A stretch of DNA of 64,000 nt from an uncultured Gemmatimonadaceae bacterium (GTDB taxonomy: Bacteria > Gemmatimonadota > Gemmatimonadetes > Gemmatimonadales > Gemmatimonadaceae): positions 2,048,001 to 2,112,000 of the forward strand of contig CAVUDW010000003.1 in NCBI GenBank assembly GCA_963740355.1. Direction: 5' to 3'. Below are positions 37,794 to 47,488 of the stretch, in pieces. Positions within the stretch are counted from its first letter, which is position 1; each line of letters opens with the position of its first letter. A program made the translations under genes and the position numbers. Under the pieces are notes generated by a model. That model had not been told where the DNA came from and made no database searches. It worked only from the letters and a program-made list of their open reading frames with translations.

Positions 37794-39893
37794 ATGGCCG
37801 ACCCCACGCACGACTTTCTCAACCCCGAGCTCAGCCTCCTCGCCTTTCAGCGACGCGTCCTGGCGCTGGCCGAGGATCCGCACCTCCCCCTGCTCGAGCG
37901 GCTGCGGTTTCTCGGGATCGTCACCAGCAACATCGACGAGTTGTACATGGTGCGCATGGCCGAACTGCGCCAGGCGGCGGCCGATGCCATGGGCGACGCG
38001 CGTTCGCACGACCGCGACGGGCATACCGCACGTTCCCTCCTCGAAGCGGTCGAAACCGAGATTGCTGAGATCCTGGCGGCACAATCCGCCTGCGCGACCC
38101 GCTGCCTGGCAAGCGCCGCGGCGCACGGCGTGCACCTGCTGACATGGAACGACCTCTCGACGCCGGAACGCGAGGCACTGCACCAGAGCTATCTGGACGA
38201 AATCCAGCCGGACCTGATGCCGATGGCGATCACGCTCAGCCCTGGTGTGCCCTTGCCGCACCTGCCGCACCTCGGGCTGTTCGTCGCCATCGTCTACCGG
38301 GCCGCCGGAAGCGCACGAACACATCTCGCCGAGCATGAACTGCCGTCGGATGTGCCACGCATCCTGCCAGTGCCAGGACGCGACGGGTGCGTGATCCTGC
38401 TGGAAGAAGTGCTCCGGGCCAACGTGCAGTCGCTGTACCCGAACGCGGTCGTAGAAGGCGCATTCCTCTTTCGCGTGACACGCGGCGGCGATCTCTATCT
38501 CGAAGATGATGCGGCAGGCGGCCTGCTCGATGCCGTGGCCGCGGCGACTGCACGACGGCCACACAACCCAGCGGTGCGCGTGGAAGTCGAGAGCCAGATG
38601 CCGGACACGGTGCGTGATCTGATCCTCGACAATCTCCAGCGCGATGCACTGGGACGCGAGCTGCCACTCACCGTGAACGCCGCGCAAGCGATCGAGGGAT
38701 TGCTCGACCAGCGTTGCCTGCAGGCACTGCCGCTGCCTCGCGATCCGTCACTCGAGTTTCCTTCGCATGTGGCGCGCACCGGGATCTGGGGCGATCAGTC
38801 GCTGCTGGATGCGATTCGCGACGTCGAGCGACTGGTGCATCATCCCTTCGAGTCCTTCGACGACACGGTCGTGCGCTTCTTTCAGGAAGCGGCCGCCGAT
38901 CCTGACGTGACGTCGATCGCCAGCACGCTGTACCGAGTCGGCAACCCATCGCCGATCGTGGATGCGTTGCTGCTGGCCGCACGCTCCGGCAAGCAGGTGT
39001 TCGTGCTGGTCGAGCTGCAGGCGCGTTTCGACGAGGAACACAACGTGTTGTGGGCCCGCGCGCTGGAGCGCGCCGGTGGACGTGTCGTGTACGGACTGCC
39101 GGGACTCAAGGTGCACGCCAAGGTGGCGTTGGTCGAACGCACCGAAGGAGACCGGACGGCGCGCTACGCGCACATCGGCACCGGCAACTACAACCCGCGA
39201 TCGGGGCGACAGTACACGGACCTCAGTCTGTTCACATCGCGTGCGGCACTCACCAGCGATGTGGCGTCACTCTTCGACTCGTTGCGCGCCTCGACCTACC
39301 CCACGGCGCCGATGGCCGGTGGGTTGCTGGTCGCGCCACACCTGCTGCTGTCGGCGTTGCTGGCGCGCATCGATCGCGAAGCGGAGCATGCGCGCGCTGG
39401 CGTGCCGGCGTCGATCACGATGAAGGTGAATGGCTTGTCCGATCGCGAGGTGGTGCAGGCGCTCTATCGTGCATCGCAGGCCGGCGTGCGGATCGACCTG
39501 GTGGTGCGCGGGATCTGCACCCTGCGGCCGGGCGTGCCGGGGATGTCGGAGCAGGCGCGGGTGGTGTCGGTGGTGGGGCGCTGGCTGGAGCACTCGCGCA
39601 TCTATCGGTTCGGGAACGCCGGCGAACCGGAGTACCTGATCGGCTCGTCGGACCTGCGGCCTCGCAACCTGAGACGCCGCGTCGAGGTGCTGGCACCAGT
39701 GATCGACCCCGGCCACCAGCGGCGGCTGGATGAGATCCTCTCGCGGTATCTGGACGACGCCACCGGCTGGGATCTCGACGCCAACGGGGGATACACCCCG
39801 CGGTCTGGTGCCGAGCCTGGCGCCCAGGCGCGATTCGCCGCCGACTTCCCAGAGCACTCGCGCGTCGGCGAACTTCGAGACGCGCAACGCTGA
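37794..39893 (+). CDS. ppk1: Polyphosphate kinase 1
   Basis: ELSLLAFQRRVL, PLLERLRFLGI..SNIDE, HHPFESF, VELQARFDEEHN, KVHAK, HIGTGNYN, LEHSRIY, SSD..RNL.RRVE. Confidence 0.97.
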   Translation: MADPTHDFLNPELSLLAFQRRVLALAEDPHLPLLERLRFLGIVTSNIDELYMVRMAELRQAAADAMGDARSHDRDGHTARSLLEAVETEIAEILAAQSACATRCLASAAAHGVHLLTWNDLSTPEREALHQSYLDEIQPDLMPMAITLSPGVPLPHLPHLGLFVAIVYRAAGSARTHLAEHELPSDVPRILPVPGRDGCVILLEEVLRANVQSLYPNAVVEGAFLFRVTRGGDLYLEDDAAGGLLDAVAAATARRPHNPAVRVEVESQMPDTVRDLILDNLQRDALGRELPLTVNAAQAIEGLLDQRCLQALPLPRDPSLEFPSHVARTGIWGDQSLLDAIRDVERLVHHPFESFDDTVVRFFQEAAADPDVTSIASTLYRVGNPSPIVDALLLAARSGKQVFVLVELQARFDEEHNVLWARALERAGGRVVYGLPGLKVHAKVALVERTEGDRTARYAHIGTGNYNPRSGRQYTDLSLFTSRAALTSDVASLFDSLRASTYPTAPMAGGLLVAPHLLLSALLARIDREAEHARAGVPASITMKVNGLSDREVVQALYRASQAGVRIDLVVRGICTLRPGVPGMSEQARVVSVVGRWLEHSRIYRFGNAGEPEYLIGSSDLRPRNLRRRVEVLAPVIDPGHQRRLDEILSRYLDDATGWDLDANGGYTPRSGAEPGAQARFAADFPEHSRVGELRDAQR

Positions 39894-39911
39894 CGGCGGA
39901 GAGGATCCGCA

Positions 39912-40373
39912 GTGACTGTCCAGACGAAACGACTGGTGCTGCTGTACGGACTCCTCGGGGGCGTGCTGATCGCGCTTCTCAACCTGGTGGAGTACCGGTA
40001 CCTCGTCGTCACCCACTCGATCGAGATCTACGGCGTGCTGGTGGCCGTGATCTTCGTGGTGCTCGGCATCTGGCTCGGCCTGACCCTCACTGGTCGCAAG
40101 GAGCGCATCGTGGTGCGCGAGGTCCTGGTGCCGGTAGAGGCGGCGCCGTTCGTGCCCGATCCGGCGAAACGCGAGGCGATGGGTGTCACGCGCCGTGAAC
40201 TCGAGATTCTGGAGCTGATGGCGGCCGGCCTGAGCAACAAGGAAATCGCGGCCAGGATCTTCGTCAGCGAGAACACCGTCAAGACGCACTCCAGCCGGCT
40301 GTTCGAGAAACTCGGGGCCCGGCGCCGAACGCAGGCAATTCAGGTCGGAAAAGCGTCAGGTCTGCTGCCGTGA
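39912..40373 (+). CDS. Membrane-anchored LuxR-family HTH regulator (two N-terminal TM helices, no receiver domain)
   Basis: Two hydrophobic helices, then TRRELEILELMAAGLSNKEIA..FVSENTVKTH..LF.KL. Confidence 0.92.
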   Translation: MTVQTKRLVLLYGLLGGVLIALLNLVEYRYLVVTHSIEIYGVLVAVIFVVLGIWLGLTLTGRKERIVVREVLVPVEAAPFVPDPAKREAMGVTRRELEILELMAAGLSNKEIAARIFVSENTVKTHSSRLFEKLGARRRTQAIQVGKASGLLP

Positions 40374-40386
40374 TCCCGCTCGAGGG

Positions 40387-40468
40387 TCATCCGAAGGGAT
40401 GATTCTGGCACATTTCGCGGAAATCATACCAATGGGTGACTCCGCTCGCCCGCCCTGACCCGTAGCAT
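40387..40468 (+). promoter_or_regulatory. Two 16-bp dyads (candidate LuxR-type operators) and a candidate -10 element
   Basis: TCATCCGAAGGGATGA (40387-40402, perfect 6-bp arms), TCATACCAATGGGTGA (40424-40439), TAGCAT at 40463-40468. Confidence 0.55.
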
Positions 40469-40500
40469 GGCGCTCACATCCCCACACAAGGAGCAGTGAC

Positions 40501-41073
40501 ATGAAGCGGATCGTCCTCACTTTTGGCCTCATCTCCGGCGCCATCCTCTCGGCGCTGCTGACGCTGACCATGGCCATCGGCACACGGCTTGGCACCGACA
40601 CCGGAATGCTCGAGGGCACCACCGGCATGCTGGTCGGCTACACGACCATGCTGCTGAGTTTTCTCCTCGTCTACTTCGGCGTCCGGACCTATCGGGATAC
40701 GCAGGGCGGCGGATCGGTGCGGTTCTGGCCTGCCTTCCGGGTCGGCTTCATGATTTCCCTCATCGCCTCGGTCTGCTACGCCGCGACCTGGCAGGTGGTG
40801 TACCGGACGATGCTGCCCGATTTCGCGGAGAAGTACGCCGCCTCGACCCTCAAGAAGGCTGCGGCTGATGGGGCGACGCCGGCGGAGCTCGAGGCGCAGC
40901 GCAAGCAGATGGACGACTTTCAGACGCTCTACAAGAACCCCTTTGCGAACTTCGGCATGACGTTGCTGGAGCCGTTGCCGGTCGCGCTGCTCGTGTCGCT
41001 GATCAGCGCCGGCGTCCTGTCCCGCCGGCGGCGCGACGCGGGACTGTCCACTCTAGGCAACGCGGTGTCCTGA
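40501..41073 (+). CDS. DUF4199-like membrane protein
   Basis: AAGGAG RBS; four hydrophobic helices; GY.TMLL....VYFGVRTYRD..GGG.V.F..AF..G..I.LIAS..Y pattern. Confidence 0.82.
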   Translation: MKRIVLTFGLISGAILSALLTLTMAIGTRLGTDTGMLEGTTGMLVGYTTMLLSFLLVYFGVRTYRDTQGGGSVRFWPAFRVGFMISLIASVCYAATWQVVYRTMLPDFAEKYAASTLKKAAADGATPAELEAQRKQMDDFQTLYKNPFANFGMTLLEPLPVALLVSLISAGVLSRRRRDAGLSTLGNAVS

Positions 41074-41198
41074 AAGCGGGAATCCGAGCGCGGCCTTGGA
41101 GACGTAAGTCGTTATACGGCAACACGATCAGGCTCGGTACGGCTTATGCAAGAGTAGTCCTCGACAGGACCGTTCCTGTCTTTACCCGGAGTGGCACC

Positions 41199-42896
41199 AT
41201 GATGCGTCGATCGTTAGCGGTGTTTGCGGCTCTCTCGCTGGTCGGCATTGCACAGCCGACCTCGGTCGCCGCGCAGGAGAGCCGCCCGTCAGGCGAGTAC
41301 ACCGATGAAATGGATCGGTACTCGGCCGACCAGCTGGACAACCTGGTCGGCCCGATCGCCCTCTACCCCGACGCGCTGCTGGCGCAGGTCCTGGTGGCGT
41401 CGACCTTCCCCGACCAGATCGAGGAGGCCGCGCGTTTCGTGCGGGCCAATGGCACCGACGACATCGACGACCAGTCGTGGGACGTGAGCGTGAAGGCGGT
41501 GGCCCACTACCCGTCGGCCCTCAACATGATGGCCGACAAGTCCGACTGGACGACGGCGCTCGGTCGTGCCTATGCCACGCAGTCGAGCAATGTGATGGCA
41601 GCCGTGCAGCGCATGCGCGCGATGGCGGACAGCCAGGGCAACCTGCGCTCGACGTCGCAGCAGTCGGTGTCGCGCGATGACGACGACTATTACGTCATCG
41701 CTCCGGCACAGCCGCGCGTGATCTACGTGCCGGTGTACGATCCGTACTACATCTACACGCAGCCGGTCTTCGGCCTCAATTATTCGAGTCGCTACTGGTC
41801 GTTCGGCATCGGCTTCCCGATCGGTGGCTGGCTGTCATACGACTGCAACTGGCGCACCCGTGCGGTCTACTACAACGGCTGGGATGTCGGCTATTACGGC
41901 TACGCCGGTGGCTGGCGCGCCCGTTCGCGCCCGTACATCCAGATCACGAACGTGTACGTCAATCCGCGCTACCGGAACGTGTACATCAATCGTGACGTGA
42001 TCCATCGTCGCGTGGAGTACCGCAACGTGGACCGCTATCCTGGCGTGCATCGGGATACGCGCTTCGGCAGCCGTGACGCGAACTATCGCGATGGCCGCGA
42101 CCGCGGCCGCTATGACTCGCGTCGCGATGTGCCGGTGCGCGGTGGGTATGTCGGTGGTGTGCGGAACGTGCCGGATCGCGGGGGTCGGTACGACGGTCGC
42201 CAGGACAACGACCGTCGGGACAACGACCGTCGGGACAACAACCGTCAGGACAACACCGGTGGCGACCGCGGGAACAACGATCGTCGCGGCAACGCCGGCG
42301 GCATGAGCAACAACTCCGGCAACGGATCGTGGAACACCGGTCGCGACTCGCGTTCGTCCTCGGACAACGGTGGTCGCACGGTGGGTGATGGTCGCGGCGG
42401 CAGCGTCGGTGGCAGTCGTGCTGATGACGGCGGTCGCACCATCGGCGACGGTCGCGGTGGCAGCATCGGCGGCAATCGGACGGATGCCAATGGCAACTGG
42501 AATCGCGATCGCGGGCAGGACACGCCGCGCGCAATTCCGCAGAGGGCGCCGCAGCAGAACGACAATGGTGGTCGCACCATCGGTGATGGTCGCGGTGGCA
42601 GCATCGGCGGTAATCGCAGTGACGATGGCGGCGGCTGGAATCGCGGCCGCGGGCAGGATACACCGCGCGCCGTTCCGCAGCAGAACGACAATCGCGGCGG
42701 CTGGGGCCGCGATCGTGGTGCGCAGTCACAGCCGGCCCGTGCGCCTCGTGAGCAGCGCAACGAGCAGCCGATGGTGAACCCGCGTCGTGCGGAACCACAG
42801 GGCAACGACGGCGGAGGTCGTGGCAATGGCGGCGGCCGTGGCAATGATGGTGGACGTGGCGGTCAGCGCGGTGGCCGCGAGCGCCCACGGGTGTAA
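41199..42896 (+). CDS. Exported DUF3300 protein with a long Gly/Arg/Asp/Asn-rich disordered tail
   Basis: Signal peptide; QLDNLVGPIALYPDALLAQVLVASTFP, WDVSVKA, IAPAQPRVIYVPVYDP. Confidence 0.9.
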   Translation: MMRRSLAVFAALSLVGIAQPTSVAAQESRPSGEYTDEMDRYSADQLDNLVGPIALYPDALLAQVLVASTFPDQIEEAARFVRANGTDDIDDQSWDVSVKAVAHYPSALNMMADKSDWTTALGRAYATQSSNVMAAVQRMRAMADSQGNLRSTSQQSVSRDDDDYYVIAPAQPRVIYVPVYDPYYIYTQPVFGLNYSSRYWSFGIGFPIGGWLSYDCNWRTRAVYYNGWDVGYYGYAGGWRARSRPYIQITNVYVNPRYRNVYINRDVIHRRVEYRNVDRYPGVHRDTRFGSRDANYRDGRDRGRYDSRRDVPVRGGYVGGVRNVPDRGGRYDGRQDNDRRDNDRRDNNRQDNTGGDRGNNDRRGNAGGMSNNSGNGSWNTGRDSRSSSDNGGRTVGDGRGGSVGGSRADDGGRTIGDGRGGSIGGNRTDANGNWNRDRGQDTPRAIPQRAPQQNDNGGRTIGDGRGGSIGGNRSDDGGGWNRGRGQDTPRAVPQQNDNRGGWGRDRGAQSQPARAPREQRNEQPMVNPRRAEPQGNDGGGRGNGGGRGNDGGRGGQRGGRERPRV

Positions 42897-42939
42897 GCCT
42901 TCGCCTGACACGCAACCGCTGGCGAACACTTGATCTGTT

Positions 42940-42984
42940 CAGGACGGGGTGCCGCGCGATCGCGCGGCACCCCGTCCTGCTTTC
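42940..42984 (+). terminator. Probable intrinsic terminator (40-bp perfect palindrome)
   Basis: CAGGACGGGGTGCCGCGCGA|TCGCGCGGCACCCCGTCCTG at 42940-42979, then CTTTC; 43 bp after the DUF3300 stop. U-tract is weak. Confidence 0.65.
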
Positions 42985-43009
42985 TCCTGCACGGAATACG
43001 GCGCGCTTC

Positions 43010-45097
43010 ATGGCGAGGGAGCCGTCTGCCCAGCACATTGGGGAGGTGAGCAATGCGATCTCCCTGACAACGGCCCGCAGCCTCGCGCCTGCGGCCTTTC
43101 GACGCTGGGTGCTGGGCGCAATTTCGCTCGTGGTCTTCGGGTATCTGTTGGTGACGCTGCTGGACGTGCGCGATCGCGGCTGGTCGGCAGCACTTCTCGA
43201 CCGCAACGCGCTGATGGTCGCGGTGTCGCTTGGCGCGCTGGTGATCGCGCTGCGCGGACATGAAGTCACGGCCTGCACCATGACGATCATTGCCAGCTGG
43301 CTCGAGGTCGAGACGGCGCTCCGGCTCGACCCGCACTTCCCCTCGGCCGGCATGCTGGTCCTGCCGGTGCTGGTGATCGGGATTGGACTCCTGCTCGGCA
43401 CGCGCGTCGCCTTCGTTGCGATGCTGGTCACGATCGCGACCACGATCGGGATGAGCGTGACGTCGCCAGGGCTGCAAGCCGACCCGATCACGACCGCAAG
43501 CCTGTACTGGTTCACCATGCACGCGTTCTCGATGTTCGCGGTCTGGGTGACGCTTGCACTCAGTCTCTCCGGCTTCGAGCGGGTGTATCTGGCGATGCTC
43601 GAGAACCGGCAGGACCTGGCCGACACGATCCAATTCGCCGCGGACGGCATTCTTGTGATCGATCGCCGAAACGTCGTGACGCTCACGAACCCAGCGGCGC
43701 AGTCGCTGCTTGGCTTGCCGCTCGACCAGATCGTGGCGCATCCCCTAGACAGCGTCCTCGCCGCGACAGGCGGCCAGCGCGAGCAGCTCGACGCGCTCGC
43801 ACGCGAGACGGGACCGACGCCGATCGAGTTGACGCTCGCGTACCCCGACGGCGCAGCGGTTCACATCGAGGCGACCTGGCGCGCGATGGAAGGCGGCCGT
43901 CGGCAATTGCTGCTGCGCGACATCTCACCGCGGGTCCGGGCCGAGGAAGCACGACGCGCGATGGAAGTCCAGCTGGCGCACGCGCAACGCCTCGATGCAG
44001 TGGGCCGACTGGCCGGCGGATTGTCACACGACTTCAACAACATCCTCACGGCGGTCAGTGGGTCCGCCGAGATGCTGCGGTATGAGAAGGATCCGACCGA
44101 GCGTGATGAACTGCTCGACGAGATCATTGCAGCGCGGGATCGCGGCGCGGCGCTGACGCGGCAACTGCTGGCCTTTGCGCGCCGCGAAGTCACCTCACCA
44201 CGCGTGATCGACCTCGGCGAGCATGTGCGCGGCCTCGAGCGATTGCTGCAGCGGGTGGCCGGTGACCGGCAACGGCTCCGTTTTGTGCTCGCAGAGGATT
44301 GTCGCGTGCGCGTGGATCCAGGGCAGCTGGAGCAGGCGCTCGTGAATCTGGTGGCGAACGCGCGCGATGCGATGCCCGATGGCGGCTGGTGCGCCATGAC
44401 CGTGGAGCAGGGCACCGGTGCCATGGGCGAACGCCGCGTGCTGCTGCACGTGGACGATGAAGGCATCGGTATGTCGGACGAGATCGCGCTGCGCGCCTTC
44501 GAGCCATTCTTCACCACCAAGGCACGCGGGCAGGGTACAGGCCTCGGTCTCGCGTCGGTACATGGCATGGCGGAGCAGAGCGCGGGCAGCGCGCGCCTGA
44601 TGTCGCAGCCGGGACGTGGCACCCGAGTGACGCTCGACCTGCCCTACGTTGACGAGGCGACCACGCAGCCGATCGTGGCTTCCATCACACCGGCCACGCA
44701 CACTGGCGCGCGGACCGTGTTGGTTGCGGAGGACGACAGCGGCACCCGCCGCATCGTCGAGCGTGTGCTGCAACACGCCGGTTTCGAGGTGACATCGGTG
44801 ACTGACGGCACCGAGGCGATGGCCTGCATCGAGGCGGCGAGCACGCCATTCGACGTGGTGCTCACCGACGTCATGATGCCAGGCTTCACCGGCCCTGAAA
44901 TCGCCGATCGCGTGCGTCTTCTGCACCCCGGCACTCCCGTGCTGTTGATGACCGGTTATGCAGAGGAGCAGCTTGGCGAACTGATTGGCGGTGCGTTCGA
45001 ACGTGATGTGATCACGAAGCCGTTCTCCGGTAGCGAACTGGTGGCGCGCATCGCGACACTGCTGCAGGGCCAGCCACCGGCAAGCTCGACGACCTGA
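43010..45097 (+). CDS. Hybrid sensor histidine kinase (TM region, PAS, HisKA, HATPase, REC)
   Basis: GRLAGGLSHDFNNILT, QALVNLVANARDAM, DEGIGM, FEPFFTTK, GTGLGL, VLVAEDD, LTDVMMP, KPF. Start may be the GTG at 43046. Confidence 0.95.
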   Translation: MAREPSAQHIGEVSNAISLTTARSLAPAAFRRWVLGAISLVVFGYLLVTLLDVRDRGWSAALLDRNALMVAVSLGALVIALRGHEVTACTMTIIASWLEVETALRLDPHFPSAGMLVLPVLVIGIGLLLGTRVAFVAMLVTIATTIGMSVTSPGLQADPITTASLYWFTMHAFSMFAVWVTLALSLSGFERVYLAMLENRQDLADTIQFAADGILVIDRRNVVTLTNPAAQSLLGLPLDQIVAHPLDSVLAATGGQREQLDALARETGPTPIELTLAYPDGAAVHIEATWRAMEGGRRQLLLRDISPRVRAEEARRAMEVQLAHAQRLDAVGRLAGGLSHDFNNILTAVSGSAEMLRYEKDPTERDELLDEIIAARDRGAALTRQLLAFARREVTSPRVIDLGEHVRGLERLLQRVAGDRQRLRFVLAEDCRVRVDPGQLEQALVNLVANARDAMPDGGWCAMTVEQGTGAMGERRVLLHVDDEGIGMSDEIALRAFEPFFTTKARGQGTGLGLASVHGMAEQSAGSARLMSQPGRGTRVTLDLPYVDEATTQPIVASITPATHTGARTVLVAEDDSGTRRIVERVLQHAGFEVTSVTDGTEAMACIEAASTPFDVVLTDVMMPGFTGPEIADRVRLLHPGTPVLLMTGYAEEQLGELIGGAFERDVITKPFSGSELVARIATLLQGQPPASSTT

Positions 45098-45102
45098 CGC
45101 GG

Positions 45103-45561
45103 TCAGCGCCCGCGCAGTGCTCGCGTCAGTGCCCGGTCGAGCGCATTGGAGAAGGCCTGCTTGTCACGTGCGCTGTAGCTGGCATGGCCCCCCGTCTCGA
45201 CGCCCGTGCTGCGGAGCCCTTCCATGAAGTTGCGCACGGAGAGTCGTTCACCGATCGTTTCTGCCGTGTACTCCTCGCCGCGCGGATCGATCACGATCAC
45301 GCCGTTCGGCACGAGGATCGCTGCCAGCGGGATGTCGGCCGTGACCGCCACGTCACCCGTGACTGCATTGTCCGCGATGTAGCGGTCGGCGACATCCGGT
45401 CCACCTTCGACGCGCACCGCGCGCAGTAGCAGATAGCCCACCGGGAGTTGCAGCCGCATGTTGGCGACGAGAATCGTCTCCAGCGACAGCCGTTCCGAGG
45501 CGCGGTAACAGACTTCCTTCACATCTCGCGGCGCCGCATCGGCGTCGAGCCAGAGTTTCAT
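45103..45561 (-). CDS. YaiI/YqxD (UPF0178) family protein
   Basis: MKLWLDADAAP, DVADRYI, VTADIPLA, DPRGEEY, LRSTGVETGG. Confidence 0.92.
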   Translation of the reverse strand: MKLWLDADAAPRDVKEVCYRASERLSLETILVANMRLQLPVGYLLLRAVRVEGGPDVADRYIADNAVTGDVAVTADIPLAAILVPNGVIVIDPRGEEYTAETIGERLSVRNFMEGLRSTGVETGGHASYSARDKQAFSNALDRALTRALRGR

Positions 45562-45562
45562 C

Positions 45563-47236
45563 CTACGACGGTGTCACGGTGCCGAGCACCGTCACCGCAG
45601 CGTCGAACACCACACGTTGTGGAGCGGCCCGCAATGGGAGGTCCACATCCAGCGTGAGCGATTCCTGCGCTGGAACGGCGAGCAGGCGCCGTGTGGTGCG
45701 CCCTGCGGCGTCGGTGACATCCACCGAGAGTGTGAGGCGATAGGGCGGCACACGCGTCCCCTGTCGGACCGTCACGACCAGTCGCTTCCGCGCGGCATCC
45801 CATTTCCACGAAGGCGTCAGTTCCGCGACACCGGGGCGTCGCATCCACTGCTCGAAGAACCAGTCCAGCGGCCGGCCGGCGGTCTTCTCGAACGCCGCCT
45901 GCAGGTCGCTGGTCATCGCAGTGCCGTGACGGTGCGCCGCATAATAGGAGCGGATCGCTCCAAAAAACGCCGAGTCGCCGATTTCACGACGCAGCATGTG
46001 CAGCACGAAGCCCGCCTTCTGGTAGACATTCGAGTTCAGCACCCGTGACACGTCGTCGAGCTGCTCGTTGATCACCGGCGACTGGAACGTGATCGGCGCC
46101 CTCAGCACCTGCGCCCGCATCGCCACAAGGTCGCCGCGGAAGGCACTGTCGCCGTGTGCATGCTCCGTCCAGAGTGCCGCGAAGTAGGTCGCGAAGCCCT
46201 CGGATAGCCACACATGCGGCCACTCGCGTTCCGTGACGGCATCGCCGAACCACTGGTGCGCCGTCTCGTGGGCAATCAGGCTCTCGCTCGGGCTTCCGGG
46301 ACGAAACAGCTGCTCGGCGTAGAAGATCGAGGCCGCATTCTCCATCCCGCCGTAGCGCGTGGACGACGACACGTGTGCCAGCTTCTCGTAGGGAAACGGG
46401 CCAGCGAGGCGCGAGAAGAGTGCGACGATCTCGCCCGCGCGCGTGAAGTTCCCCGGCAACACTGCCCGCTGCGCCGGACTGACCCAAACTGACTGCCGCA
46501 CACAGCCCGGCAACTCCCCCAGACCGCAGGCCGTCTCACCCAGTTCGAGCACGGCGAAGGGCGCCACACCGATCACCATCACCGCAGTGTAGATCGGACG
46601 TGCCGTACGCCAGCGCGTGCGCACCATGCGGACTGCCGTGGTCCCGCTCTCAGGCGTCTCCTCGAGCAGCTCGCCATTCGCAATCACGCGGTGCGTGGCC
46701 GGTGCCAGGACGTCCCATTCCACCAGCGCCTTGTCACTCGGGTGATCCACCACCGCCAACCACTGTCTGGCACGATTCGGGAAGTTGTCGCCGAAGGCGG
46801 TCCACGCGCGCACCGAATCACGTCGGATGATCAACCCATCTGCCGGATGGCCGCGATAGTAGACCGCCACATTCACGGTGTCATTACCGCCAGCCGGCAG
46901 CGCCACCTGCACGCTGTCACCCGATCGGGTGTAGCGCGCCTCCCGCGCATTGACGCGCACCGAGTCGACAGTCATCGCGGCGACGAGGTCGAGCGACAGT
47001 GTGCCGACGTTGCTCGCGCGTCGCGCCGTCGTCGTAGCGACGAAACGAATCGTGTCAGGCATTCCTGCGATCGAGGGGAATTCGACGCGGAACGCGTATT
47101 GCAGCACATCGATGCCAGCCCGACTGCTGCCGGTGCGACTGGCGGGCTGCTGTCCGCCCACCGGCTGGACCAGCGCGGAAGACGCCAGCAGCAGGAGGCT
47201 GGCGAGGGTCGTCTGAAGCACGTTGCCTGTTTGCAT
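45563..47236 (-). CDS. M1 family zinc aminopeptidase, exported
   Basis: Signal peptide; GGMEN, HETAHQWFG, WLSEGFATY, YQKAGFVLHMLR. Confidence 0.94.
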   Translation of the reverse strand: MQTGNVLQTTLASLLLLASSALVQPVGGQQPASRTGSSRAGIDVLQYAFRVEFPSIAGMPDTIRFVATTTARRASNVGTLSLDLVAAMTVDSVRVNAREARYTRSGDSVQVALPAGGNDTVNVAVYYRGHPADGLIIRRDSVRAWTAFGDNFPNRARQWLAVVDHPSDKALVEWDVLAPATHRVIANGELLEETPESGTTAVRMVRTRWRTARPIYTAVMVIGVAPFAVLELGETACGLGELPGCVRQSVWVSPAQRAVLPGNFTRAGEIVALFSRLAGPFPYEKLAHVSSSTRYGGMENAASIFYAEQLFRPGSPSESLIAHETAHQWFGDAVTEREWPHVWLSEGFATYFAALWTEHAHGDSAFRGDLVAMRAQVLRAPITFQSPVINEQLDDVSRVLNSNVYQKAGFVLHMLRREIGDSAFFGAIRSYYAAHRHGTAMTSDLQAAFEKTAGRPLDWFFEQWMRRPGVAELTPSWKWDAARKRLVVTVRQGTRVPPYRLTLSVDVTDAAGRTTRRLLAVPAQESLTLDVDLPLRAAPQRVVFDAAVTVLGTVTPS

Positions 47237-47488
47237 GCCGAGAAACCTGTCCACTGGGGACAACGGCGCAATCCGGTTGTGTCAGATCAGGCGTGTGCCG
47301 CATCTCCCCGGTGTCCTCCGGCGGCGGCCCGCGGTGGGCAGCAGTGGCACCTGCTCGTGCGTCGTGCATGACCGATGTTGCGGCGCGGCTGTTGTCTGGC
47401 GGCGGCTGCACGACCGTTGATGCAGGATGGCTGTTGTCGGCCTTTGCTCCACCCGGTACGATCTGCTTCATCACACTTCTCCACTCCC

